Position numbers and translations under genes: made by a program. 55,042 bases of DNA from an uncultured Candidatus Saccharibacteria bacterium (lineage in GTDB: Bacteria > Patescibacteriota > Minisyncoccia > Phycocordibacterales > CAIZIN01). The DNA lies in NCBI GenBank assembly GCA_964472605.1, contig CAYYLG010000001.1, forward strand, positions 11,119 to 66,160, given 5' to 3'. The notes under the pieces are model-generated. The model worked only from the letters and a program-made list of their open reading frames with translations. It did not search any database and was not told the origin of the DNA. The stretch's first letter is position 1, and every line of letters begins with the position of its first letter. Positions 7,988 through 16,281 of the stretch are shown one piece after another.

Positions 7988-8521
7988 ATGAAAAATAATT
8001 TTATTTATCAAGTAATCACTGATCCATCAGAAATTACATATGATATGTATCGATCATTTATTAAGCTCTCTTTTAGGGAAAAGGGAACAATGATTGATTC
8101 ATTAAATATGATTCTTGAAGATGCCAAAATTAACTCATTTTATTATAGAAAAAGGGCAGTAAAGTTTGGTTACTATAAAAATAAAAGAAGATTAGTTGTA
8201 ATCGTTCTTGTTAAAGAACGTGAAACCAAGCAAATAGTTGGTTGGACTTTACTTTTTGAAAAGTTAAATTTAAAAGGTGACGTTTACAAATCAAGAATAA
8301 TTTCAGGAAATGTATATGTAAAAGCTAGTTTTAGAAGGATAGGTCTTGGTACAAACTTAATAAAAAAATCTTTAACGTCTTGTAAAGATAAGAAAAAAGT
8401 TGTTCGTTTCTTTTCTCATGATAAACAATCAAGATCATTTCTATGTAGAAATGTATTACCGAAAAGTAATTTCAATATCGAGTATGGTGATTTTGTTTCT
8501 TATGATTTTACAAAATCCTAA
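7988..8521 (+). CDS. GNAT-family N-acetyltransferase-like
   Basis: Motif A-like segment VYVKASFRRIGLGTNLIKKSL. Confidence 0.5.
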   Translation: MKNNFIYQVITDPSEITYDMYRSFIKLSFREKGTMIDSLNMILEDAKINSFYYRKRAVKFGYYKNKRRLVVIVLVKERETKQIVGWTLLFEKLNLKGDVYKSRIISGNVYVKASFRRIGLGTNLIKKSLTSCKDKKKVVRFFSHDKQSRSFLCRNVLPKSNFNIEYGDFVSYDFTKS

Positions 8522-8549
8522 TTCTGCATTTTAATAATTAAGGTGAAAA

Positions 8550-8795
8550 ATGAGAGAAATTTTAGTACTGTATCCAGGATCTTCTTATGAAGAAACTATC
8601 ATGGCAGAAAACATAAGAGATGCTCGCCGTATTCTTAAAGAAAAGAATAATGGCAAGTCTGTTCCTAAAGGAACGGAGTTTCGATATGTAAATACTAATT
8701 ATATCTTTCCACCAAAAGATAAAAAACTTACAGAAAAACAAACTAAAAATACAGAAATAGCAAAGTCTTATCCTGGTTTATTTTCAGTCAAATGA
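8550..8795 (+). CDS. hypothetical protein (81 aa)
   Basis: AAGGTGA lies upstream of the ATG, and the ORF is tightly packed against its neighbours. Confidence 0.55.
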   Translation: MREILVLYPGSSYEETIMAENIRDARRILKEKNNGKSVPKGTEFRYVNTNYIFPPKDKKLTEKQTKNTEIAKSYPGLFSVK

Positions 8796-9268
8796 TAGAC
8801 ATGGAACCAATGTTCGAAAAAGACACTTATTATGATGAATTTCATTATAAAGTTGTTATAGATAATTCTTGTTCTGACGAAATAAAAGAAATCTGTATTA
8901 AATATTGGGATATTAAAGCAACCATGCCATATACCATATGGATTTATCAAATTAAAGAAATATGTTCTGATTATAATATTAATAGAAATAAATTATGGTC
9001 TATAGTAAAAGAAAATTCTTATGCCTATTTAAGGAAATGTAAACAATGCAAAGGTCCAATGGAAAAGTTTTATCTTAGAACACAAATTAATACCATGATG
9101 GAACGTAGAGATAATAGAAGAGTCTGCGATACCTGTAAAAGTTTAAATAAAGTTAAAGATCGTAAAATGGACTTTGTAGAATTTGAAATGATTGATAACT
9201 TTCAAAGAGAAGAAGTAAAATCTTTTGAACCAACATTTGGAAACAGAATAGATAATTTAGAATTATGA
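8792..9268 (+). CDS. hypothetical zinc-ribbon protein; C-terminal ...DNLEL tail
   Basis: ATGA overlap with the upstream gene. Contains CKQC...CDTC. Ends in the D-h-h-E-h tail shared by about 10 proteins. Confidence 0.6.
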   Translation: MIDMEPMFEKDTYYDEFHYKVVIDNSCSDEIKEICIKYWDIKATMPYTIWIYQIKEICSDYNINRNKLWSIVKENSYAYLRKCKQCKGPMEKFYLRTQINTMMERRDNRRVCDTCKSLNKVKDRKMDFVEFEMIDNFQREEVKSFEPTFGNRIDNLEL

Positions 9269-9271
9269 ATA

Positions 9272-9309
9272 TGGCCTAATTGATTGAACTAGTAAGTGTC
9301 GTGTATTAC
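9272..9309 (+). promoter_or_regulatory. promoter, TGGCCAA-N-TTGAC class (variant)
   Basis: TGGCCTA 9272-9278, TTGAAC 9284-9289, TATTAC 9304-9309. Confidence 0.4.
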
Positions 9310-9344
9310 AACGGTTTCATTGAGTTGAACGAAAGGAAATAAAA

Positions 9345-9869
9345 ATGGACATTAAAGGAATCACACTTGGTAAAGCGCTTCGTTTGCGTTCTACTGTAGC
9401 AAATAAGATTGCCACTGCCTCTGCTCGTGCAAGACAAACTGCGATTAGTCTTAGCACTGATCCGAAGCCTGATTTTGATGTAAAAGAACAGCTTAAAATT
9501 TTTACAGACGAACAGAGAAATCTTCGTGAACTTAAAGTCAAGACTACAGCGAAGTCTTTGAATACAAAAGTTCTTATTCCTGAAGACATTCCAGTTGATG
9601 AAGCTGGTAAAGAAGTTCCGGTGTATTGCGCCGTTCTTATTCGAGACGATCTCAAGGCTCGTAAAAAGCTTTTGGATGAACTTATTGCAATGCCAGTAAG
9701 TGTTGATCGTTATGAGTATTATGATACTTCTGAAGGACAGGAGCGTCCAGTAAAGAAAAGAAACTTTAGTTTTGAAGAAGCTATCGCTACTTCAGAATTG
9801 CTTCAGGAATCAATTGATACCATTGACGGTATTATTCAGGGAACTGATGCTACTGTGAAGTTTGAGTAA
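9345..9869 (+). CDS. hypothetical protein (174 aa), GC-richer, possibly highly expressed
   Basis: AAAGGAAA lies upstream of the ATG. Codon composition differs from the neighbours. No family recognised. Confidence 0.65.
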   Translation: MDIKGITLGKALRLRSTVANKIATASARARQTAISLSTDPKPDFDVKEQLKIFTDEQRNLRELKVKTTAKSLNTKVLIPEDIPVDEAGKEVPVYCAVLIRDDLKARKKLLDELIAMPVSVDRYEYYDTSEGQERPVKKRNFSFEEAIATSELLQESIDTIDGIIQGTDATVKFE

Positions 9870-9870
9870 T

Positions 9871-10120
9871 CTCTTCGGAGGTTGCTCAAAGCGGGCGTTG
9901 AAGTTGTGTCTGCCTCTCTAAAAGGCAAGGAATAGCCAGTTAAGCTATGGTCCTATTACAATTCGAAATGGGTGAGAATTATTTAGCACATGGATAAACT
10001 CACCACACGGATGCATAGGGAACTGTGCAAATGGAATCAGGGCACTGGGCACTCATGAACACAATTCAACGTTTCCGTGGGGATGGGAAGGTTGAGCCCT
10101 TGGGTTCCCTTCCCTCCCTA
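9871..10120 (+). ncRNA. structured intergenic RNA of unknown class
   Basis: There is no ORF and the region is visibly GC-richer. A 13-bp long-range helix forms between 9896-9909 and 10059-10071 (one bulged G) and encloses several hairpins: 9911-9927, 9928-9954, 9971-10006. A UUCG hairpin lies at 9871-9880. A 12-bp GC-rich hairpin lies at 10085-10114. Confidence 0.5.
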
Positions 10121-10143
10121 AATCTTCTTGGGAAAGACAGACA

Positions 10144-11181
10144 ATGAATCAAGAGTCATGTCCTACATGTGATTACCCTCTTGAAGGGGGAGTCTGTCTT
10201 CTTTGTGAAGAAGAGTCTCAAAAAAGAAAAGAAATAGATAAGTATTTGACTAATTCTCTAAAGAAGAGAATGGTTTCAGATTATGCTCTTCCAATTACAG
10301 TTTTTGAAGAACCTCATTTCTCATATCAAAGAGGATTGTATTCTCTTCGTTATGGTGTGGATCTAATTATTTCTTGCTTAATTGAAGAAATTAAAAAACA
10401 TGGTGGTGAAGATCAGTTTTTTCAGTGGGAAGCATCCGTAAGAAAAGCAGTTATTGATAAAATTCAAGAAAAAGAATCATATAAAAAGTTTAATTCTCAA
10501 GCTTTACCCCAAATCAAATTTGAAGTCTTTGATAGGCTTTATATTCAGCCAAACCATGATTGTATTTTTGTTTCATTTGACATGGTTAAAGCAAACTTTC
10601 AAGCTTTACGTCATTTTGACCCCGACATCTTTGATAACCAAAATAATTGGCCTGAATATTTAAGTCAATTTAGTACATCAATGTATTTGATGGGGTCTAA
10701 AAGATTTAGACAAATCATATTTGGAAATTTAAATCCAAAAAGACAACAAGCTTATCAAAAGGTATTAATTTCTAAAGTTCTTTCAATTGTAGAAAGATTT
10801 GATTTGGGAGAAGTGTGCTTTACAAGTCCAGATGAATTTGTTGTTAAAGTAAATCCAACTGGATTGGAAGAAAAGCTTTCTCTTATTAAAGAAACCATAG
10901 ACAAAGAAACTGGACTTAAAATTAGAGTTACACAATTTAAATTAAAACAGCTTAAACCATTTTCGTACTTTGTAAAAGTACAAGATACAGATAGTGTAAT
11001 TGATCGTTTAGACATAAAGTGTGTTCCCAGTGTATTTTTTGCACAAGCCTTTAAGAGAGCTTACAGTTTGTATCAACCAGAGTTCCCGGGAATTCCTTTT
11101 GATATAATATACCAAGACTTAGCCTTTTACTTTGAGAAAAGACTAGCTTATTTTGAAAAATCTTTGGAATTCATTAATTAA
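10144..11181 (+). CDS. hypothetical protein with N-terminal zinc ribbon (345 aa)
   Basis: N-terminal CPTCDYPLEGGVCLLC. No family recognised. Confidence 0.65.
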   Translation: MNQESCPTCDYPLEGGVCLLCEEESQKRKEIDKYLTNSLKKRMVSDYALPITVFEEPHFSYQRGLYSLRYGVDLIISCLIEEIKKHGGEDQFFQWEASVRKAVIDKIQEKESYKKFNSQALPQIKFEVFDRLYIQPNHDCIFVSFDMVKANFQALRHFDPDIFDNQNNWPEYLSQFSTSMYLMGSKRFRQIIFGNLNPKRQQAYQKVLISKVLSIVERFDLGEVCFTSPDEFVVKVNPTGLEEKLSLIKETIDKETGLKIRVTQFKLKQLKPFSYFVKVQDTDSVIDRLDIKCVPSVFFAQAFKRAYSLYQPEFPGIPFDIIYQDLAFYFEKRLAYFEKSLEFIN

Positions 11182-11193
11182 TAGGAGAACAAA

Positions 11194-11619
11194 ATGAGCA
11201 GAGAATTGATTTTAGTTTTTATTGGAATATTTATATTTATAGCTGGTATAGTACATTTGTATTTGCAATTTATTAAACGATCTGGCAATCCAGATTTTTC
11301 TGAATTTTCAATATTAAAAGGCAGTCTGCTCGAAGCATTTCTTCTTTGTGTTACTCTTGTATTTTATTATTTTTTATTTTTTGTAAATAATGAAAATAAG
11401 AATATAGTAAGACAAGATCCTCCAGTAGAAAGTTTTTCAACCATTCAACATTTCAATAATGTTTCTGATGAAAAAACAGATGAAGAATTGGCTAAAGATG
11501 CTGAAGCAAAAAAACATTCTTTATTAAAAGATGTTGAACGAGAAGGCGCTGAAAAAGAACGTCAAGAAGCAAATGACTATATTAATAGTGCTCTTAAAAG
11601 AGCAGAATCCTCAAACTAA
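11194..11619 (+). CDS. membrane protein (2 TM) with charged C-terminal tail; possible NfeD-like partner of the SPFH gene
   Basis: TAGGAG lies upstream of the ATG. Two hydrophobic segments are present. It sits immediately upstream of the SPFH gene. Confidence 0.55.
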   Translation: MSRELILVFIGIFIFIAGIVHLYLQFIKRSGNPDFSEFSILKGSLLEAFLLCVTLVFYYFLFFVNNENKNIVRQDPPVESFSTIQHFNNVSDEKTDEELAKDAEAKKHSLLKDVEREGAEKERQEANDYINSALKRAESSN

Positions 11620-11635
11620 TTTAAAGGAAACAAAA

Positions 11636-12547
11636 ATGAAAAAACTACTGCTTTTGCCTATTTTACTTCTGGGAATTTTCTTTCTTTCTGGTTGTAGTGA
11701 ACAGGTTCCTCCCGGTTTTAAGGGAATGGTTATAACCCGTTCTCAAGGTTTGACAGGAGAAATTCTAGAACCTGGTCGCCATGAATGCTGGGGTTTTGAT
11801 AGAATGGTTCTCATGGAAGATAGGGAACTTATTGTATCAGAAGACATGAGTATTTTATGTGCTGATGATTTGAATTTTAAATTTGACTTACAAGTTCGTG
11901 CTAGATTGAAAACTGCAAATGGTGATCAGTTTAAAGAAATTTTAAATAGACAGGGTTCTCAAATTCAATGGGAAGGTAGTGTTGGGACACTTGGCATTAA
12001 AGTTTTTTATGATACATATGTTCAACCATTAGCAAGATCTATTGCTCGTGATATTGTTTCTGGTTATGAAACAACACAAATTAGAGAGAATAGAGATCAG
12101 ATTACAAAAGCTATTCAAGAAGAGTTGCTTAAACTTACAAATGGTCCAGATTGTCCGATGATGATTACAATGGTAGTTACTTCTAATTTTGACTATCCTG
12201 ATATCATTACTGCTGCTGTAGAAAAAAGTAGAGAACGAGAAATTGCAATTAAAGAAGAACAGGCGAAACAAGCAGTTGAATTGCTTAAAGTTGAAAATCG
12301 TTTAAAGATTGCAGAAAAAGAAAAGATTACTCGTGTTGCTGAAGCTGAAGCAGAAGCAGCTTATAATAAAATCTTGGCAAATGGGCTTACACCAGAATAC
12401 CTAGAACTTCGTAGACTTGAAGCATTAGCTACTTTATACGAAAGTGTTGGTGTCGGTGATAAAGTAATTATTACAGATGGAAGTAGTAATACTCCAGTAT
12501 TTCAACTTCCCTTGCCGGAATCAACTCAGTTTAAGCCTGTTGAATAA
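11636..12547 (+). CDS. SPFH/Band-7 (prohibitin-like) lipoprotein
   Basis: Signal peptide MKKLLLLPILLLGIFFLSGC carries a lipobox. An SPFH-like core is followed by an E/A/K-rich coiled coil (AEAEAEAAYNKILA). Confidence 0.7.
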   Translation: MKKLLLLPILLLGIFFLSGCSEQVPPGFKGMVITRSQGLTGEILEPGRHECWGFDRMVLMEDRELIVSEDMSILCADDLNFKFDLQVRARLKTANGDQFKEILNRQGSQIQWEGSVGTLGIKVFYDTYVQPLARSIARDIVSGYETTQIRENRDQITKAIQEELLKLTNGPDCPMMITMVVTSNFDYPDIITAAVEKSREREIAIKEEQAKQAVELLKVENRLKIAEKEKITRVAEAEAEAAYNKILANGLTPEYLELRRLEALATLYESVGVGDKVIITDGSSNTPVFQLPLPESTQFKPVE

Positions 12548-12605
12548 AAGGTAAAAAAGAAAAAGGATAAAATTCCTGTCTTTGGGTAGTGTATAATTAC
12601 ATTGT

Positions 12606-12683
12606 TGCGGGGTGGAGCAGTCCGGTTAGCTCGGGTGGCTCATAACCACCAGGTCGAGGGTTCAAATCCCTCCCCCGCTACCA
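12606..12683 (+). tRNA. tRNA-Met (CAU), initiator-like
   Basis: Aligns almost base-for-base with E. coli tRNA-fMet as I recall it. Features: 1:72 mismatch (U:U), A11:U24, anticodon loop CTCATAA, T-loop TTCAAAT, encoded CCA. Only 2 of the 3 G:C pairs in the anticodon stem are present. Confidence 0.85.
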
Positions 12684-12738
12684 GAGATATCTCCTTAAAA
12701 ACCTCTCAGAGTGATGATTGAAGTTTTTAAGGGTTTAG

Positions 12739-12775
12739 CCCCCGACAGTCACTCCTCTCGGGGGTATATTTATTT
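12739..12775 (+). terminator. rho-independent terminator after tRNA-Met
   Basis: CCCCCGA...TCGGGGG stem followed by TATATTTATTT. An additional 10-bp hairpin CCTTAAAAAC/GTTTTTAAGG lies just upstream. Confidence 0.6.
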
Positions 12776-12776
12776 C

Positions 12777-12819
12777 TGGCCAATATCTATTGATAACAAT
12801 TCTTGTCGTAGACTTTAAT
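12777..12819 (+). promoter_or_regulatory. promoter, TGGCCAA-N-TTGAC class
   Basis: TGGCCAA 12777-12783, TTGATA 12790-12795, TTTAAT 12814-12819. Confidence 0.45.
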
Positions 12820-12856
12820 AGCTTCAGTTGTTTATAAATAGGAGAATTTAAAAATA

Positions 12857-13225
12857 ATGGGTATTAAAATTACACTTCAGCAACTTCTTGACTCTAAACC
12901 AGCATTAGAAAAGATTGCTAAACAAGATATTGATATTGTTCAATCTTTTAAGTTAGCAAGAGTAATAAGAGAATTGAATGACCATTTTAAAGATTATGAT
13001 GAGCAAAGAATAGCGCTTATTAAAAAACTTGGAACGGAGGATAAAGATGGTAATTTCGAAGTAAAGGGAGATGCTAAAGAAGAGTTTGTTAATGAAATGG
13101 AAAAGCTCTTTGGTATCGAAGTTGATCTTTCGTTTGAACCTTTTAAACTTTCTGAATTTAAAGGTATAAAGATCTCTCCCGGTGATGCATTAGGACTTGA
13201 GGTTATATTTGACTTGAATAATTAA
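12857..13225 (+). CDS. hypothetical protein (122 aa)
   Basis: TAGGAGAA lies upstream of the ATG, and two terminators follow the ORF. Confidence 0.65.
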   Translation: MGIKITLQQLLDSKPALEKIAKQDIDIVQSFKLARVIRELNDHFKDYDEQRIALIKKLGTEDKDGNFEVKGDAKEEFVNEMEKLFGIEVDLSFEPFKLSEFKGIKISPGDALGLEVIFDLNN

Positions 13226-13251
13226 TTTTTAGTTTAATTATTATATTAGTC

Positions 13252-13274
13252 AGAAGAGGGCTGTCCTCTTTTTT
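13252..13274 (+). terminator. rho-independent terminator
   Basis: AAGAGG-GCTGT-CCTCTT followed by TTTT. Confidence 0.7.
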
Positions 13275-13294
13275 AATTGTTAGATTAATTTAGT

Positions 13295-13318
13295 AAGAAG
13301 AAGGTCGTCTTCTTTTTT
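13295..13318 (+). terminator. rho-independent terminator (second of tandem pair)
   Basis: AAGAAGA-AGGTCG-TCTTCTT followed by TTTT. Confidence 0.7.
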
Positions 13319-13340
13319 AATTTATTAATTTTTAATTTTA

Positions 13341-13994
13341 ATGAAAATGTCTGTTATGTTACAGGCGAAGGAGTCGTTCCCAATGAATATTAATTTAGAA
13401 AATGAAAATGATAAATGGCATACTATTGAAGATGATTTAATTCCATTTATCGAAATAGAAGGTTTAGAACCAAAATCTTCTAATTTGGTTGACAATAATA
13501 CATTAAGAATAGCTAATAATATTGTATTAGATGAAGAGTTGGGGATTGTTGAAAAAACAAAACGATCTCTAACTCTTCTAATACAAGCTTCTTTAGAAAT
13601 GCAAAGAATTGCTAAAAATTCATCTTCTTTTAGAAGAATAGACAAAACTTTTTTAGATGAATTTTGTACTATTTATTTTAAAGGTTCAAGAAGGATTGGT
13701 CACACAACTAATGTGTTACAGGTATGTTCTCAACAGTTTTCTGGTAGAGAGCAGTATGTACATTATATAACAAAACAAATTGACTGCTATTCTTCTTTTT
13801 TAAGAGAAAAAAAGATACCTAATCATGTTTCTGCGGGTTCTTTTGAAAGTTTAAATACACTTAATAGTAGCTATGTTTGTTTAATAGTTGATCTTCCATT
13901 TTTAATGACAAAAGCACAAAGAATTAAATTAGAAAACTTAGCTTTAAGTTGTGCTCAGAAAAAAGAAGAATTTCTTTTAATTAAAGTGGGTTAG
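13341..13994 (+). CDS. hypothetical protein (217 aa); possible degenerate P-loop (GSRRIGHTT)
   Basis: Uninterrupted ORF. The P-loop resemblance is weak. Confidence 0.55.
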   Translation: MKMSVMLQAKESFPMNINLENENDKWHTIEDDLIPFIEIEGLEPKSSNLVDNNTLRIANNIVLDEELGIVEKTKRSLTLLIQASLEMQRIAKNSSSFRRIDKTFLDEFCTIYFKGSRRIGHTTNVLQVCSQQFSGREQYVHYITKQIDCYSSFLREKKIPNHVSAGSFESLNTLNSSYVCLIVDLPFLMTKAQRIKLENLALSCAQKKEEFLLIKVG

Positions 13995-13995
13995 A

Positions 13996-14013
13996 TGGCC
14001 AATTAGTTTGACT
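13996..14013 (+). promoter_or_regulatory. promoter motif, TGGCCAA-N-TTGAC class
   Basis: TGGCCAA 13996-14002 and TTGACT 14008-14013. The -10 element is unclear. Confidence 0.4.
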
Positions 14014-14143
14014 TGTGAGGCTAGAATGCGCTGTAAAGAAGGCTATAAAAGGGATAAATCAGATAGTCCCCGAATAGGAAAATGGTTAAAATTTTATTTC
14101 CTCAAAAGAACTTGTAGGAAAAAATCATTGAAGGAGAAAGAAT

Positions 14144-14861
14144 ATGAAAAAGAACAAAGATAAATCCTGGAGGTGTCTTTGACACCATTCAAATTTTGAT
14201 CCAACCCGGAGAGGGTGGAAAAGATTCTCAGTTATTTGCTGAAGATCTTTCTAGCATGTATCAAAAACATGCAAAGAGACATGGGCATGAAGCTCGAATA
14301 GTCTCTAGTACGACCAAACAAATTCAATTAGAGGTCGTTGGTAAAAATCCTTGAAGAGCATTCCGGTTTGAAGCCGGACTTCATAGAGTACAAAGAGTTC
14401 CTCCAACTGAAAAGGGTGGTAGAACTCATACTTCTATTATAACCGTAATTGTTCTTAAACAAAAAGAACAAAAGCCAATTGAAATTGATAAAAAAAATGT
14501 CGTAGTAAGTTACTACAAAGATTCCGGCGCTGGTGGCCAGCATAGAAATAAAACAATGTCTGGTGTTCGGTTACAATATTCAGGTATAACTATTGAATGT
14601 TGTGATACAAGAGATCAGAGAAAAAATAAAGAAATAGCCTTCGAGCGTTTGGAAGAAAAACTTAAGCAAAGGGAGCTTGGAATTGAAAGAGAAAAAAAAG
14701 AAAGAGAAATGTCCAAGCAAAATCCCAATTGTGGTAAGCGTGGAAATTTCTTAAGGAACTACAACTACATGAGAGATGAAGTTTCACAAGACGGTAACAA
14801 ATATAAGCTCTCTCAATTTTTGAGAGGAAATCTGGAGAAGCTTTATGGTGAAGCCGTCTAA
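14144..14861 (+). CDS. class-I peptide chain release factor, N-terminally truncated; needs a +1 frameshift at 14177-14183 and decoding/readthrough of in-frame TGA 14352-14354
   Basis: Assembled as join(14144..14179,14181..14861). Motifs: QPGEGGKDSQLFAEDL, GLHRVQRVPPTEKGGRTHTS (RF1-type PxT), SGAGGQHRNKT (GGQ), RDQRKNKE, RNYNY. AAGGAG lies upstream of the ATG. Confidence 0.75.
14169..14183 (+). promoter_or_regulatory. prfB-type programmed +1 frameshift cassette
   Basis: GGAGG-TGT-CTT-TGA-C has the same architecture as the E. coli prfB site AGGGGG-TAT-CTT-TGA-C: an internal SD, a 3-nt spacer, then CUU UGA C. Confidence 0.75.
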
Positions 14862-14936
14862 ATCTAAAAACATTGAAAACAAGTAGGGGTAGTTATACTA
14901 ACTTCCTCTACTAATTTTAAGAGGAGGTTGGTCCCA

Positions 14937-15155
14937 ATGTCTGAATTGACTGGAAGCTACAAACGATTAAAATCACTTACTCATCAAGTGATCACAAAAG
15001 AAACTGATTGCAGAATCGAAGAATCTGAAAGAGGAGAAATTGTAATCTATACTGGACTTGTAAGTAAAGGAACTCGTTATCGAGTTGCTAAACCAGAAGA
15101 ACAAATGGATTATATTCCTCCAGAAGAACTTCAAGAATATTTAGAACAAACGTAA
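14937..15155 (+). CDS. hypothetical protein (72 aa)
   Basis: GAGGAGG lies about 11 nt upstream of ATG 14937. Confidence 0.6.
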   Translation: MSELTGSYKRLKSLTHQVITKETDCRIEESERGEIVIYTGLVSKGTRYRVAKPEEQMDYIPPEELQEYLEQT

Positions 15156-15160
15156 ATTAA

Positions 15161-15178
15161 TGGCCAAATGGGTTGATA
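15161..15178 (+). promoter_or_regulatory. promoter motif, TGGCCAA-N-TTGAC class
   Basis: TGGCCAA 15161-15167 and TTGATA 15173-15178. Confidence 0.4.
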
Positions 15179-15187
15179 CGGTTAAGG

Positions 15188-15222
15188 GGTTGTGTCCTAC
15201 TAAGACACAACCTCTTTCCTTT
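15188..15222 (+). terminator. terminator-like hairpin embedded just downstream of the promoter motif
   Basis: GGTTGTGTC-CTACTAA-GACACAACC (9 bp) followed by TCTTTCCTTTT. Confidence 0.5.
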
Positions 15223-15239
15223 TGAAGGGATCATTAAAG

Positions 15240-15743
15240 ATGAATGAAATAGTCAAAAGTATTCAAGAAGCAAAAACAGAAGAAGAGATTAAATTCATTC
15301 TTGCTGGAGCTATGGTTGCTTCAAAACTTAATGAAGAAAAATTTAATGAAGCCAATGAGTTCTGTGTTGAATATACAAAAAAACTAGAAAAAGCTAAAGA
15401 ACGAGAAGAACGTAGAAAAAGAGAGAAGCCTTGTGTCCCAGCTTACCTTTTGTATTGGGAAGAATCAGAAAGAGGATGGGGAACTAGACCAGATGGGGTT
15501 ACTATTGCTCTAACAAAAGAAGATATTGCTTCTGCAATTAAAAGACACTGGGATAATGAAAAGAAACACAATCCTTCAGGAGAGACTCCTGATGAATATA
15601 CAAGACCTTGTGGAGATCCAAAACTAATTGTGATTTCTCCTGTATTGAAAGAAGAAATAGAAGAAACAAAATTTAAGTCTTTAAGGCTTTGGAATAATGA
15701 GTATTATAAATATAAGAAAAATGGAGAAATAATTGATGAATAA
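15240..15743 (+). CDS. hypothetical protein (167 aa)
   Basis: ATG 15240 chosen; the ORF opens at TTG 15222. No family recognised. Confidence 0.6.
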   Translation: MNEIVKSIQEAKTEEEIKFILAGAMVASKLNEEKFNEANEFCVEYTKKLEKAKEREERRKREKPCVPAYLLYWEESERGWGTRPDGVTIALTKEDIASAIKRHWDNEKKHNPSGETPDEYTRPCGDPKLIVISPVLKEEIEETKFKSLRLWNNEYYKYKKNGEIIDE

Positions 15744-16227
15744 TTACCTGGGACCAAAGGTAGGTGTGGGCGTATTTGTTCTCAATCCAGATATTGAGGA
15801 CACAAGGTTTATTGTTGCTAAAAGAATTAGTAAAGACAATCATGGAAATGGATTATGGAGTCTTCCTGGTGGCGGAGTAGATTATAAAGAAGATCCAATT
15901 GCTTGTGCCAAAAGAGAAGTGAAGGAAGAATTTGGTATTGAAATTGAAGAACCAAAAATCTTAATTCCTGTTCCTTACACCAATGATATAATGCCTTTAT
16001 CTAGAAAAGGCGAGCATTATATTACTTTATTTTTTGTTGCTCATATGATTTCTGGACAAAAACCAGAAATTCAGGAAGAAGATGGCGGAAAAAAACATTC
16101 TGAGTGGAAATGGGTGACCCCTACAGAGTTTCTTTATGAAGATATTGATTTATTTTCTCCACTTGATACTTTATGTAAGAATATACAGGTAATGGGATTT
16201 TTGAAGGGATTCCATGGCCATTGTTAA
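15733..16227 (+). CDS. Nudix hydrolase
   Basis: Nudix box GGGVDYKEDPIACAKREVKEEFGIE. Confidence 0.8.
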   Translation: MMNNYLGPKVGVGVFVLNPDIEDTRFIVAKRISKDNHGNGLWSLPGGGVDYKEDPIACAKREVKEEFGIEIEEPKILIPVPYTNDIMPLSRKGEHYITLFFVAHMISGQKPEIQEEDGGKKHSEWKWVTPTEFLYEDIDLFSPLDTLCKNIQVMGFLKGFHGHC

Positions 16228-16281
16228 ATTTATCGTGATGTTGGTATGCCACGCCAATCTTTATTATAAGAAAGTAAAAAT

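Noticed and set aside
14352-14378. Selenocysteine insertion at TGA 14352 with a SECIS-like hairpin (TCCGG-TTTGAAG-CCGGA)
   Set aside because: The stem is only 5 bp, which is too short for a bacterial SECIS, and its spacing from the UGA is atypical. The aligned residue in release factors is a conserved Tyr, not Cys or Sec. No selA/selB/selC is seen in the window.
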